57,627 nucleotides of DNA, from IMG/VR virus record IMGVR_UViG_3300045988_128491; one strand, 5' to 3'. Shown in pieces: positions 26,638-33,937 of the stretch. The notes beneath the pieces are model-generated. The model searched no databases and was not told the DNA's origin. It saw nothing but the letters and a program-made list of their open reading frames with translations. A program made the translations under genes and the position numbers. The first letter of the stretch is position 1; each line of letters opens with the position of its first letter. This stretch comes from a virus.

Positions 26638-26835
26638 TTAATGACTTTTATCAGATATGAAATCCCCAGTATGCTCCAATATTTTTGTACTTTTCTTTTC
26701 TGTTACATCTTCCTGATTTTTCTTGTCGTCATTTTCAATTGCAGACAATTTGCAGACAAGGCTATCTACTAGCTCCTTGCCTTTAGGAGAGAAAGACAGA
26801 TAACCTAAAACCATTCCTGCTATCAGCTCTCGCAT
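26638..26835 (-). CDS. hypothetical small protein containing two more TGCAGACAA repeats
   Basis: 65-aa ORF. Confidence 0.35.
   Translation of the reverse strand: MRELIAGMVLGYLSFSPKGKELVDSLVCKLSAIENDDKKNQEDVTEKKSTKILEHTGDFISDKSH
26740..26759. repeat. two more direct copies of TGCAGACAA, spaced 11 bp apart. Putative second arm of attP.
   Basis: tgcagacaatttgcagacaa. Confidence 0.35.
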
Positions 26836-26839
26836 AGTA

Positions 26840-27241
26840 TCACCTCAGCTTCGTTATGATAATATTAGCAAGGCTGAGGGTACCAGCAGTACCGGTATAA
26901 TTTACGGTCAGCTTTTTTCCGCCTGTACATCTACATACAGCTTCTACACCCACAAGAGTATAGAAGGATATGGGCTGTAGACTTCCTGCAGCTGTAGTAG
27001 CCTGTACAGTGCCTACAGGGCTGTTCACTCCGTCCACTGCCATCTGTACCCCGACACTGCCTGCCTCTGTACTGCTTCCATAGCCATCAAACTGTACTAA
27101 GTAGATACCTGGTCTGTTAAGATAAAATGTAGTCTTATCCTGAGCCTGCGTAACCACACAGCCAGTCTTCAACTTTGTGCTGTTAAAAGGTATAGCAACT
27201 CCCTGAGTTACTGCCAAATTCTGACTATAAGCCTGAATCAT
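26840..27241 (-). CDS. BclA C-terminal-domain-like (C1q/TNF-like jelly-roll) protein, no collagen repeats
   Basis: GVAIPFNST...RPGIYLVQF...VQMAVDGVNSPVGTVQA...LSLANIIITKL parallels the BclA CTD (VPFNTVG, GFYKITV, IQVNGVPVPGTG, ASIIIEKVA). RBS AAAGGAAG lies before the internal ATG. Confidence 0.5.
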   Translation of the reverse strand: MIQAYSQNLAVTQGVAIPFNSTKLKTGCVVTQAQDKTTFYLNRPGIYLVQFDGYGSSTEAGSVGVQMAVDGVNSPVGTVQATTAAGSLQPISFYTLVGVEAVCRCTGGKKLTVNYTGTAGTLSLANIIITKLR

Positions 27242-27260
27242 AAAAACACTTCCTTTCATA

Positions 27261-27300
27261 TAATAAAAGTCACCCGACCTGCCTATGCAAGCCGAGTGAC
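27261..27300 (-). terminator. intrinsic terminator on the minus strand (stem GTCACCCG / CGAGTGAC, then TTTTATTA)
   Basis: Lies between gene 27323-27931 and the BclA-like gene. Confidence 0.4.
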
Positions 27301-27322
27301 TCATGGAGCAGGTATGCCCTCT

Positions 27323-27931
27323 TTACGCTATTCCTGCGATGCCTGTGCCGCAGCCATTGATACCAGAGCCAATACCTAAGCCGTTAATAATACCAGCGTT
27401 AGGACATACAGCCCCTACACCGGTTATCTGTGGCTTAGTCAGCATGTTGCAACTGATATTAGCAATCTGCTTCTCCATAACAGCCATCTGAGCGGACATC
27501 TGCTGAGCCAGGGTCATTCGCTCAATAGTAGCATCCTTTGCAGCCAGCTTAGCTTCATAGCTCTGCTGGTCGGCCAAGGCTTTGAGCTTCAAGTCAAACA
27601 GCTTCTCGCCTTGCTGGGCGTCATACTGCAATCGGCTCTGCTGAGCCAGCTGGTTAGTGCTGTTCTGCACTGCTGCGAGAGTAGCATCCTGAGAGTTCCG
27701 CATAACCTTGTACAGCTCTGCCGTATTGGCATCACTCTGCCTCTGCAGGTCGAAGTTCTTAACTCTGCCCATAGCTCCCTCACTCTGCAGCATGGTCATA
27801 AGGTCCGCACCGTTTGGCTGGCTATTGCCACGGTTGAACCAATTGCCGCCACCTGCAAAGATGAAGAACAAGATCAGGAAGAAGATTACAATTCCCCAGT
27901 TCATGCCCATGGTATTCATCTCTTCAGCCAT
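27323..27931 (-). CDS. membrane-anchored coiled-coil protein with a Gly/Cys-rich C-terminal tail
   Basis: N-terminal transmembrane segment NWGIVIFFLILFFIFAGG, long Gln/Ala-rich coiled coil, C-terminus CPNAGIINGLGIGSGINGCGTGIAGIA. Confidence 0.5.
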   Translation of the reverse strand: MAEEMNTMGMNWGIVIFFLILFFIFAGGGNWFNRGNSQPNGADLMTMLQSEGAMGRVKNFDLQRQSDANTAELYKVMRNSQDATLAAVQNSTNQLAQQSRLQYDAQQGEKLFDLKLKALADQQSYEAKLAAKDATIERMTLAQQMSAQMAVMEKQIANISCNMLTKPQITGVGAVCPNAGIINGLGIGSGINGCGTGIAGIA

Positions 27932-27962
27932 AAAATCATCTCCTCTCTATAAGATTTTATGC

Positions 27963-28298
27963 TTAACAGCCTTTCAGCTGATTTAGCCCTTGTCTTAATG
28001 TATCAAGCCCTGTGAAGTGCTGTTCCTGCTTTCCTGTCAGCATTTGCAAGGCTTTTTGTGCGCCTTGGATATTTATCCCTAATTGGTTTGCTACAACACC
28101 TGCCAAGGGATTATTCAGTAAAGCAGAGGCTTTCTCAATGACATCGCTGTTTATGCCAAACTGTCTAACAGCCTTTTGAGCTTCTGACAGAGTACTTATC
28201 CCCTGTGCCGCCTGCTGGGCTGTTTTCCATGCCACTTCCAGTCTCTGTGCCTTTGCACTGTCCATTCCTAGCATCTGAGCCAGCATTGTTGCGTTCAT
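27963..28298 (-). CDS. hypothetical Gln/Ala-rich protein
   Basis: 111-aa ORF. Start lies inside the tail of the upstream ORF at an A5 run. Confidence 0.45.
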   Translation of the reverse strand: MNATMLAQMLGMDSAKAQRLEVAWKTAQQAAQGISTLSEAQKAVRQFGINSDVIEKASALLNNPLAGVVANQLGINIQGAQKALQMLTGKQEQHFTGLDTLRQGLNQLKGC

Positions 28299-28593
28299 TT
28301 TTCATCAGCTCCATTTCCTGTTTCATAGCCCTAATCTCAGTCAGCATACCGCTCATCAATTCCATTGTTTCCTGCTGTATTTGCTCCTGTGTCTTGGGAG
28401 GTGTGATTGCGCCAAGCTCTACCAGCTTTTTATAGTATTCATCTGATATTGCTTTTAGTTCGTTATAGACTGCATCTGTCACACCCACTCGATTCTTACT
28501 TCCATTCAGGAGTGGGTTGAATTCATAGATAATTCCGTCTTCTACAGTGCAATAGCCGGTACCACTGGCTTTGAATCTCTGCTCAAACTCCAT
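28165..28593 (-). CDS. hypothetical protein. The first 100 aa or so look genuine. The tail after KQEMELMKNE looks like out-of-frame low-complexity sequence.
   Basis: Overlaps the next ORF by 134 nt. Possible frameshift at 28298-28302. Confidence 0.45.
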   Translation of the reverse strand: MEFEQRFKASGTGYCTVEDGIIYEFNPLLNGSKNRVGVTDAVYNELKAISDEYYKKLVELGAITPPKTQEQIQQETMELMSGMLTEIRAMKQEMELMKNERNNAGSDARNGQCKGTETGSGMENSPAGGTGDKYSVRSSKGC

Positions 28594-28666
28594 AATCTCA
28601 CCTCCGTTAATTTCTTTCTAACTTCATTTTAGCCGATTTTTACCTCTGTGAAGTGTCTAAAAAATG

Positions 28667-28698
28667 TCAAAAAAAATAGACCGCCATTTTAGACGGTC
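28667..28698 (-). terminator. intrinsic terminator (stem GACCG / CGGTC, then TATTTTTTTTG on the minus strand)
   Basis: Lies directly after the stop of 28706-29410. Confidence 0.4.
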
Positions 28699-28705
28699 AT
28701 CAAAT

Positions 28706-29410
28706 TTACTGTATTTTGTTTTTCAGGTACTCCCCATCAATGTAATATCCAGCCACATAATCATCATATTTTGCTTTCTCTGCATATTTATTCGGCGGTG
28801 CGAACTCACCTCGTGTGCCAATTACCCACTTGACGCCATTCTTTACAAAAGTGCGCTCGTTCTTTTCCGTAACTGCTATTGAGCCATAAGAAAAGCCGCC
28901 AATATACATTGTACCTGCCCAATACTCCGGTTCCGCTTCCACTACGGGAATCAGGGTATCATGAATTGCGCTATCATACATAAATTCTTTATACGACATA
29001 TTTAAGCACGGGGTTTCCCCTGTTTTTTCAGCACCAAATATATTGCTATATGTGACCGTTTTGCTGCCCACACCATTAATATTCAGCTCTACTATTAATG
29101 CGGTGTTTTTCCCTGCTAGTTTTGCTACTTCTGTCACTGGGTATTCACCATTAACTTTACTGATATGCTGTACACTTGCTACATTAAATCTCTTTTTAAA
29201 AGATTTAGCTATGAGCTTTTCAATTTCAAGTTTTCCTTTTTCCATATCCTCTTTGTTATTCTGAGCTTGCAGAATCGTGTCATCCACACAATAAAAGACC
29301 GCTACGGTTTTCTGGGGAGCAGTCTCTGATGCATGAGCAATACTGCATAGCGCGAGCATTAAAAGCGTGAAAAGTAGAACCATTATATTTTCTTTTTTCA
29401 TAAAACTCAC
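28706..29410 (-). CDS. secreted protein (signal peptide with an AHA-S cleavage site), own promoter and RBS
   Basis: MSFMKKENIMVLLFTLLMLALCSIAHASE. RBS AGAGGTGA. Flanked by terminators. Confidence 0.55.
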   Translation of the reverse strand: MSFMKKENIMVLLFTLLMLALCSIAHASETAPQKTVAVFYCVDDTILQAQNNKEDMEKGKLEIEKLIAKSFKKRFNVASVQHISKVNGEYPVTEVAKLAGKNTALIVELNINGVGSKTVTYSNIFGAEKTGETPCLNMSYKEFMYDSAIHDTLIPVVEAEPEYWAGTMYIGGFSYGSIAVTEKNERTFVKNGVKWVIGTRGEFAPPNKYAEKAKYDDYVAGYYIDGEYLKNKIQ

Positions 29411-29452
29411 CTCTTACAGATATTATACTACAAACCATTCTCCATTTTCTAT

Positions 29453-29481
29453 AAAAAAATAAACCCTGCAACACAGCAGGG
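29453..29481 (-). terminator. intrinsic terminator (stem CCCTGC / GCAGGG, then TTTATTTTTTTAT)
   Basis: Lies after the sigma region-4-like gene. Confidence 0.45.
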
Positions 29482-29487
29482 CTCTTA

Positions 29488-29718
29488 TCATAATAGCTTA
29501 AATATTTTATCATATGCTGTTTTTATAGCTCGGTTCACTTTTTCTACCGAGCAGTGCTGCCTATCTGCAATCTGTACAATTGACAATCCTCTCACAAATC
29601 TCAGCTCTAAAATCTCCGTTATTTCATCGCTAATTTTTGCTTCCTTTACCAAAGAGTGAAAGTCTGTCAATGTAGAGTTCTGCAGTGCTTTTCTTGCTTT
29701 TTTGCGTATGCTAAACAA
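29488..29718 (-). CDS. small sigma-70 region-4-like HTH protein (76 aa)
   Basis: ITEILELRFVRGLSIVQIADRQHCSVEKVNRAIKTAYDKI. Confidence 0.5.
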   Translation of the reverse strand: MFSIRKKARKALQNSTLTDFHSLVKEAKISDEITEILELRFVRGLSIVQIADRQHCSVEKVNRAIKTAYDKIFKLL

Positions 29719-29983
29719 TTACCGTCCTTTCATGCTTTGCTATAGTCCTGCATAGTATGGATATGCATAACGGAGAGTACACAGCAAAAGCAGCTTCTTT
29801 CTTTTCTGTACAGATATTAAGATATGAAAAGAAACCTATAATTGTTATCGCATAGAGAATTAACAGTCCACATATTATCATTTTCAGCCTTTGGTTCTTT
29901 TTCTGATATGCACGAATTGCCATAGTAGCAATGGCATTCAGCTTTTCAATCTCTTTCATACTATCCCCTCTTTCTAAATTCAT
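29711..29983 (-). CDS. small membrane protein (one transmembrane segment), overlaps the region-4-like gene by 8 nt
   Basis: RLKMIICGLLILYAITIIGFFSYL. Confidence 0.45.
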   Translation of the reverse strand: MNLERGDSMKEIEKLNAIATMAIRAYQKKNQRLKMIICGLLILYAITIIGFFSYLNICTEKKEAAFAVYSPLCISILCRTIAKHERTVIV

Positions 29984-30126
29984 AATGAATATACCTGGCT
30001 GGAAAACCTGTCTCAGCCTCTACATCGTGCTGATAGATCTTTGCACATTAAAATAAAACTACAAAAAAAGTAGAAGTAATTATCGAAGACTTACCCCTAC
30101 TCTTTTTTTCTACCATATTAGCCCTC

Positions 30127-30510
30127 TCAATAATTCTCTAAGATGAAATCTACTAGCTCAGTTAGCGATTCAAATTTCTTGCCATCCTCAGTCTGGAACC
30201 ATTTATTTCTATATGCATCTTCTTCTAACTCTATGCCAGCTGTACCATCTAACAGCTTGCGAAGAATCACTATCGCAGAAATCGGGGTGGCATCAGCAGC
30301 ATAACCTGCGGCAAGCAGCTTCCCTTCTACCTGTCTTTTCTCTTTTGGAGAAGCGTAAGTATATAGCTTCCCTAGTGCATAATCCTCCTTGCCCATGCAA
30401 GAAGTGTAGTAGCTAGTCCACTCCAGCAGAATAGGTGAACCTGTTTCTAAATCACTTGTAACCCTCTCCAAAATCATACTTTTTTGACTTTCTGTGTACA
30501 TTTTTCTCAT
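30127..30510 (-). CDS. hypothetical protein, second gene of a two-gene operon
   Basis: 127-aa ORF, 11-bp gap from the upstream gene. Confidence 0.5.
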   Translation of the reverse strand: MRKMYTESQKSMILERVTSDLETGSPILLEWTSYYTSCMGKEDYALGKLYTYASPKEKRQVEGKLLAAGYAADATPISAIVILRKLLDGTAGIELEEDAYRNKWFQTEDGKKFESLTELVDFILENY

Positions 30511-30521
30511 CCTTCCAAATT

Positions 30522-30830
30522 TTATAAAATTCTAAGTTCACGCTGTTCCGCATAATCGATAAAATATTTTTCTACTTCTGGAGATTCTGCTGCTAAGAGC
30601 ATTTCTGCCTTTAGCTTCTCTTTTCTCCTGCCCAGATACTCATCCTTAGGAAGTTTAATCCCAAATTCTTTATGAATATCTGTCTTACTGAGCCATACTC
30701 TTTCAACATTACGACCATTGCCGTAAGTCATGTCTACACCTATGCCCTCGTACATGGCTTTCGCTATGTACTCCTCTCTATCTGCAAACCCCTGTGGTGG
30801 CTCCCAATTTATAAATTTATAATTCAACAT
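30522..30830 (-). CDS. hypothetical protein, first gene of a two-gene operon
   Basis: 102-aa ORF. Confidence 0.5.
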   Translation of the reverse strand: MLNYKFINWEPPQGFADREEYIAKAMYEGIGVDMTYGNGRNVERVWLSKTDIHKEFGIKLPKDEYLGRRKEKLKAEMLLAAESPEVEKYFIDYAEQRELRIL

Positions 30831-30856
30831 CTTTATTACCCCCTTGTAACATCTAT

Positions 30857-30894
30857 AATAACGGCTACCCAGATATATTTTCTGAGTAGCCGTT
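30857..30894. repeat. 38-bp hairpin element, copy 1 (AACGGCTAC, 18-nt loop, GTAGCCGTT). Direct repeat of 31513-31550.
   Basis: aataacggctacccagatatattttctgagtagccgtt. Confidence 0.55.
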
Positions 30895-30897
30895 TTA

Positions 30898-31104
30898 TCA
30901 TTTTAGACTGTGGTCTTTACCGAATACCCTATTCATGCCAGCAACTGTTATAAGCCATGTTGATCCGGATTGCCTGGCCTCCTCCTTGGTGAACCTAGGA
31001 GTGGATTTGGCATAGCCGGAACAGGCCTGACGAACAGTAACCTTAGCAAGCCCCCAACGCTGCGCCGCTTCAGAGGCAGTCATAACCTCATCTATGATAT
31101 TCAT
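30898..31104 (-). CDS. small HTH DNA-binding protein (excisionase / HTH_17-like)
   Basis: MTASEAAQRWGLAKVTVRQACSGY. 68 aa. Confidence 0.5.
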   Translation of the reverse strand: MNIIDEVMTASEAAQRWGLAKVTVRQACSGYAKSTPRFTKEEARQSGSTWLITVAGMNRVFGKDHSLK

Positions 31105-31253
31105 TTTTTAGCCCTCATTTCTTTTACCACATAGTAAATTGTGATCGCTCCTAAAAGCCCCTGCATGATGTTAATGGCAATTCCTGCATCCAACAAGCTG
31201 TTGGTTCCCCAGCTTATTAATGTCAGTCCTAAAAATAATGTTGAATTTTTCAT
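31101..31253 (-). CDS. small hydrophobic peptide (50 aa), translationally coupled (ATGA) to the HTH gene
   Basis: MKNSTLFLGLTLISWGTNSLLDAGIAINIMQGLLGAITIYYVVKEMRAKK. Confidence 0.35.
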   Translation of the reverse strand: MKNSTLFLGLTLISWGTNSLLDAGIAINIMQGLLGAITIYYVVKEMRAKK

Positions 31254-31289
31254 TTCTTTCTTTGCAGATATGTTGTAGAATAGATATGG

Positions 31290-31321
31290 GAGGCAAGGCC
31301 GAAGCCTCGCCTCTGTTTTTT
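31290..31321 (+). terminator. plus-strand intrinsic terminator (GAGGCAAGGC cgaa GCCTCGCCTC, then TGTTTTTTT), antisense to the small-peptide genes
   Basis: Stem and T run are seen directly. No annotated plus-strand gene lies upstream. Confidence 0.3.
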
Positions 31322-31433
31322 ACTGGTTCAGGCTATCAATCAATCTTGCGATTGCTTCAATCATTGCTGCTACTGCGAATAACAGCTTTGTGATTGCTTT
31401 GATTAGCTTGAATCGGTTTTTATTTTTGCTCAT
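31320..31433 (-). CDS. small amphipathic/hydrophobic peptide (37 aa)
   Basis: RBS AAGGAGGTTGCAGAT then ATG. MSKNKNRFKLIKAITKLLFAVAAMIEAIARLIDSLNQ. Confidence 0.4.
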   Translation of the reverse strand: MSKNKNRFKLIKAITKLLFAVAAMIEAIARLIDSLNQ

Positions 31434-31512
31434 ATCTGCAACCTCCTTTCTATGTTTTAATTATAACAAATTATCACCCTTTTGTCAATCTTTTTCGATT
31501 GATTATGGTAAA

Positions 31513-31550
31513 AATAACGGCTACCCAGGTATATTTTCTGAGTAGCCGTT
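31513..31550. repeat. 38-bp hairpin element, copy 2. Acts as a terminator-like hairpin after gene 31567-31848.
   Basis: aataacggctacccaggtatattttctgagtagccgtt. One mismatch to copy 1. Confidence 0.55.
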
Positions 31551-31566
31551 ATTTTATTGCATTAGA

Positions 31567-31848
31567 TCATGCTGTCTTTTCCATAGTCTTAGTCAATACC
31601 ATTTCAACAACATAAATAAGACCGTTGATTGCAAGAGGCAGTACAAGCATGTCACGAATCTTGCACCAGCCATGTTCCGTCTTGGCCTGCTCTTTAATCT
31701 TGGCAGTGAAGCCATCAGCTGCGGTCTTGATAGCAGGCAGGATAGACTCAACGATCTGCTTAGTCAGATTCTGCTTAACCTGCTCAGTAATTTCTTCAAC
31801 CTGCAAAGATTCTACAATATCATCCCGAAAATCTGTCCATTTACTCAT
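31567..31848 (-). CDS. small protein with a C-terminal transmembrane segment, holin-like candidate
   Basis: Hydrophobic MLVLPLAINGLIYVVEMVL. Adjacent to the endolysin gene. Confidence 0.4.
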   Translation of the reverse strand: MSKWTDFRDDIVESLQVEEITEQVKQNLTKQIVESILPAIKTAADGFTAKIKEQAKTEHGWCKIRDMLVLPLAINGLIYVVEMVLTKTMEKTA

Positions 31849-31860
31849 GAAAATTCCTCC

Positions 31861-32406
31861 TTACATAATCAGCTGATAATCGGTAACGCCCCTCGCGATT
31901 GCCCTCGCGAAATCGTCCTGATTTTCAGTAAGCAAAACTGAGTCATCCTGATTGCTGATAAAGGCCAGCTCCACCAGCACTGCCACGGCATCTGTATTTG
32001 TCAGCACGTACAGCCCGTTAGTACCAGGCCTTGCTCCCTTGATACCACGGTCTACAGTATCCATTGCATCTATCAGCTGGGACTGAATGCAGTTAGCCAG
32101 CTTTTTGCCATGCTCAGAGCTGTAGAAATAAAATGTTTCCGTACCCTCCGCAGACGGGTTTGCAGCAGAATTGCAATGGATAGACACAAATACATCCGCT
32201 CCCATGCTGTTAGAAGTGTTTACTATAGTTGCCAGAGAATCATCTTGACAAACTGTCGCATCAACACCAGCTTCCGTAAGATACTTTGCTACCAAATCAC
32301 CTACGCACTTAACTACAACAGCCTCTTTTAATCCGCTGTATGGATTAACAGCCCCTGGATCTGGTACTCCGTTTGGCGCATGGCCTGGATTAATAAATAC
32401 TTTCAT
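31861..32406 (-). CDS. N-acetylmuramoyl-L-alanine amidase (Amidase_3 family) endolysin
   Basis: MKVFINPGH...SIHCNS...glutamate motifs. RBS GGGGGAG lies 8 nt before the internal ATG at 32406. Confidence 0.8.
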   Translation of the reverse strand: MKVFINPGHAPNGVPDPGAVNPYSGLKEAVVVKCVGDLVAKYLTEAGVDATVCQDDSLATIVNTSNSMGADVFVSIHCNSAANPSAEGTETFYFYSSEHGKKLANCIQSQLIDAMDTVDRGIKGARPGTNGLYVLTNTDAVAVLVELAFISNQDDSVLLTENQDDFARAIARGVTDYQLIM

Positions 32407-32410
32407 AAAA

Positions 32411-32857
32411 TCACTCCCCCAAATCAATGCCTTCATCAAATGCCCGTATTTCCAAGACACTCAAATAATCAACCATCGCTGCCATTTGTTTATCATAAAC
32501 AGCCCTTGGGCAGGTAGGCGTGAAATCCAGCTCCCCAGCATCCCATCGCTCACACATTCTCTTCAAACCCTCATATCGAATCCTCAGCTGACGATACTCA
32601 GCTTCAAAACGCTTCTTATAGTCGGGACTCTTCATGTTGAATACTGTGGCCAGCAATGGAGAATCATCTTCCACAACACAGACTTCTTCGAAAGTCTCTT
32701 TCGAAATCCATTTTTCATAGCCGTCAGGATACTTTATAAGATACCCCTCGTCGGCAGGATTTTCATCTGCTGGAATCTTCCAGCCACGATAAATATTATA
32801 GTCACCGCACGTCATAGGTCTTGCTTCAAATCTTTCTACACCAATACACTTCTGCAT
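32411..32857 (-). CDS. hypothetical 148-aa protein within the lysis cassette
   Basis: Strong RBS AAAGGAGTGATTTT. Confidence 0.5.
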   Translation of the reverse strand: MQKCIGVERFEARPMTCGDYNIYRGWKIPADENPADEGYLIKYPDGYEKWISKETFEEVCVVEDDSPLLATVFNMKSPDYKKRFEAEYRQLRIRYEGLKRMCERWDAGELDFTPTCPRAVYDKQMAAMVDYLSVLEIRAFDEGIDLGE

Positions 32858-32951
32858 AAAATCACTCCTTTATTTATTCTTGGCCAGTCTGAATATGTTT
32901 AGATGGTACCGCAGTAATCACATATAATTATTCAGACTGACCATAAACATA

Positions 32952-33113
32952 TTAACTTTTATGTTCCTGAACCACTCTACCAAGATAGCCAATCAGGCCA
33001 CTCCCTATTGTAGTTTGCAGCTCTACACTACCTCCCATAAAGATAGAAGCCAGCAGGGCCATTACCAGCCCCGCCCCTACTATTAAATCGGTCTGCAATT
33101 TCATCGCATACAT
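32952..33113 (-). CDS. small holin-like membrane protein (53 aa, two hydrophobic segments)
   Basis: MYAMKLQTDLIVGAGLVMALLASIFMGGSVELQTTIGSGLIGYLGRVVQEHKS. Overlaps the XhlA-like stop. Not in the ORF track because it is under 60 aa. Confidence 0.45.
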   Translation of the reverse strand: MYAMKLQTDLIVGAGLVMALLASIFMGGSVELQTTIGSGLIGYLGRVVQEHKS

Positions 33114-33364
33114 CACTTCCTTTGCTCTAAAGAGTCAATCCGATGGTGCGCAGACTTAGCAGAGTCCTCTACCTTTGCCAGCTTGACTTCCATCATATGC
33201 CTCTCTATTCTGCCTTGCTCCGCATCTGCCCTTATCTCAGCTATCATGCCCCTTAAATCATCAATAGCTAATCGCAAAGGTTTAACAACTACATAGTTAA
33301 ACATTCCGCAAATAGCAAGAAACAGGGATACCCACTGTAGTGCAGGGCCTAACTCAATGCCCAT
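33113..33364 (-). CDS. XhlA-like lysis-associated membrane protein (transmembrane segment plus coiled coil)
   Basis: N-terminal transmembrane segment LQWVSLFLAICGMFNYVVV followed by a coiled coil. Sits upstream of the holin and amidase, as in PBSX-type cassettes. Confidence 0.45.
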   Translation of the reverse strand: MGIELGPALQWVSLFLAICGMFNYVVVKPLRLAIDDLRGMIAEIRADAEQGRIERHMMEVKLAKVEDSAKSAHHRIDSLEQRK

Positions 33365-33444
33365 ATCATCACCTTCTAACGAAAATTTAAAAGAGAGGGT
33401 TGCCGCAGCTTCCCTCTCTCGAGCTTTCCCGTAGTACTTGCTCT

Positions 33445-33621
33445 TTACTCTACGATTGTGCTATTGCTTCTCACACAATTGCCGTTAGAGTCAATTACGT
33501 AACCTCTGGTTTCCAGCACGGTAAGCACGGAATCACAATACTTTGCATAAGTAGCAGAGTTTTCCAAAGTGCTCCATGCCAGTTTACCCTGAATGAGTCG
33601 TGTTGCTAAAAAGTTTGCCAT
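33445..33621 (-). CDS. hypothetical small protein (58 aa)
   Basis: GGAGG lies 10 nt before the internal ATG at 33621. Confidence 0.4.
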   Translation of the reverse strand: MANFLATRLIQGKLAWSTLENSATYAKYCDSVLTVLETRGYVIDSNGNCVRSNSTIVE

Positions 33622-33679
33622 AAAAATCAACCTCCATAAAACGTAGATATTAAAAAAGCAGACTGTAGTTTTATACAGA

Positions 33680-33937
33680 CTACTCACTAAACATTATCGC
33701 CTGAACAGCATCTTCCAAATCAGATATACGCTGTTCTATTGTCGGCTCTGCTGGTTCTTCCTCTGTTGTATCTACCCAGTCATCAGGCTTTGGCTTATCT
33801 ATTGAATCACCAATCCAGCACCATGCAGGGCACTCAGCAAAAAAGTCATCGTCTACAGGTTCAGGCACCCGGTCAAGAACAATGACATTCTTTATAACTC
33901 CCTTTTCATCACATATTGCTATATTCATTATTATCAC
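33680..33937 (-). CDS. hypothetical acidic small protein
   Basis: 85-aa ORF. Confidence 0.4.
   Translation of the reverse strand: MIIMNIAICDEKGVIKNVIVLDRVPEPVDDDFFAECPAWCWIGDSIDKPKPDDWVDTTEEEPAEPTIEQRISDLEDAVQAIMFSE

Noticed and set aside
27589-27783. ORF 27589-27783 (-) and plus-strand ORFs 27611-27986
   Set aside because: They are embedded in other frames of the 27323-27931 coiled-coil gene and are Arg/Cys-rich nonsense.
29280-29513. ORF 29280-29513 (-) spanning the terminator between the secreted-protein and region-4 genes
   Set aside because: It crosses the intrinsic terminator and promoter region and overlaps the real gene starts. Spurious.
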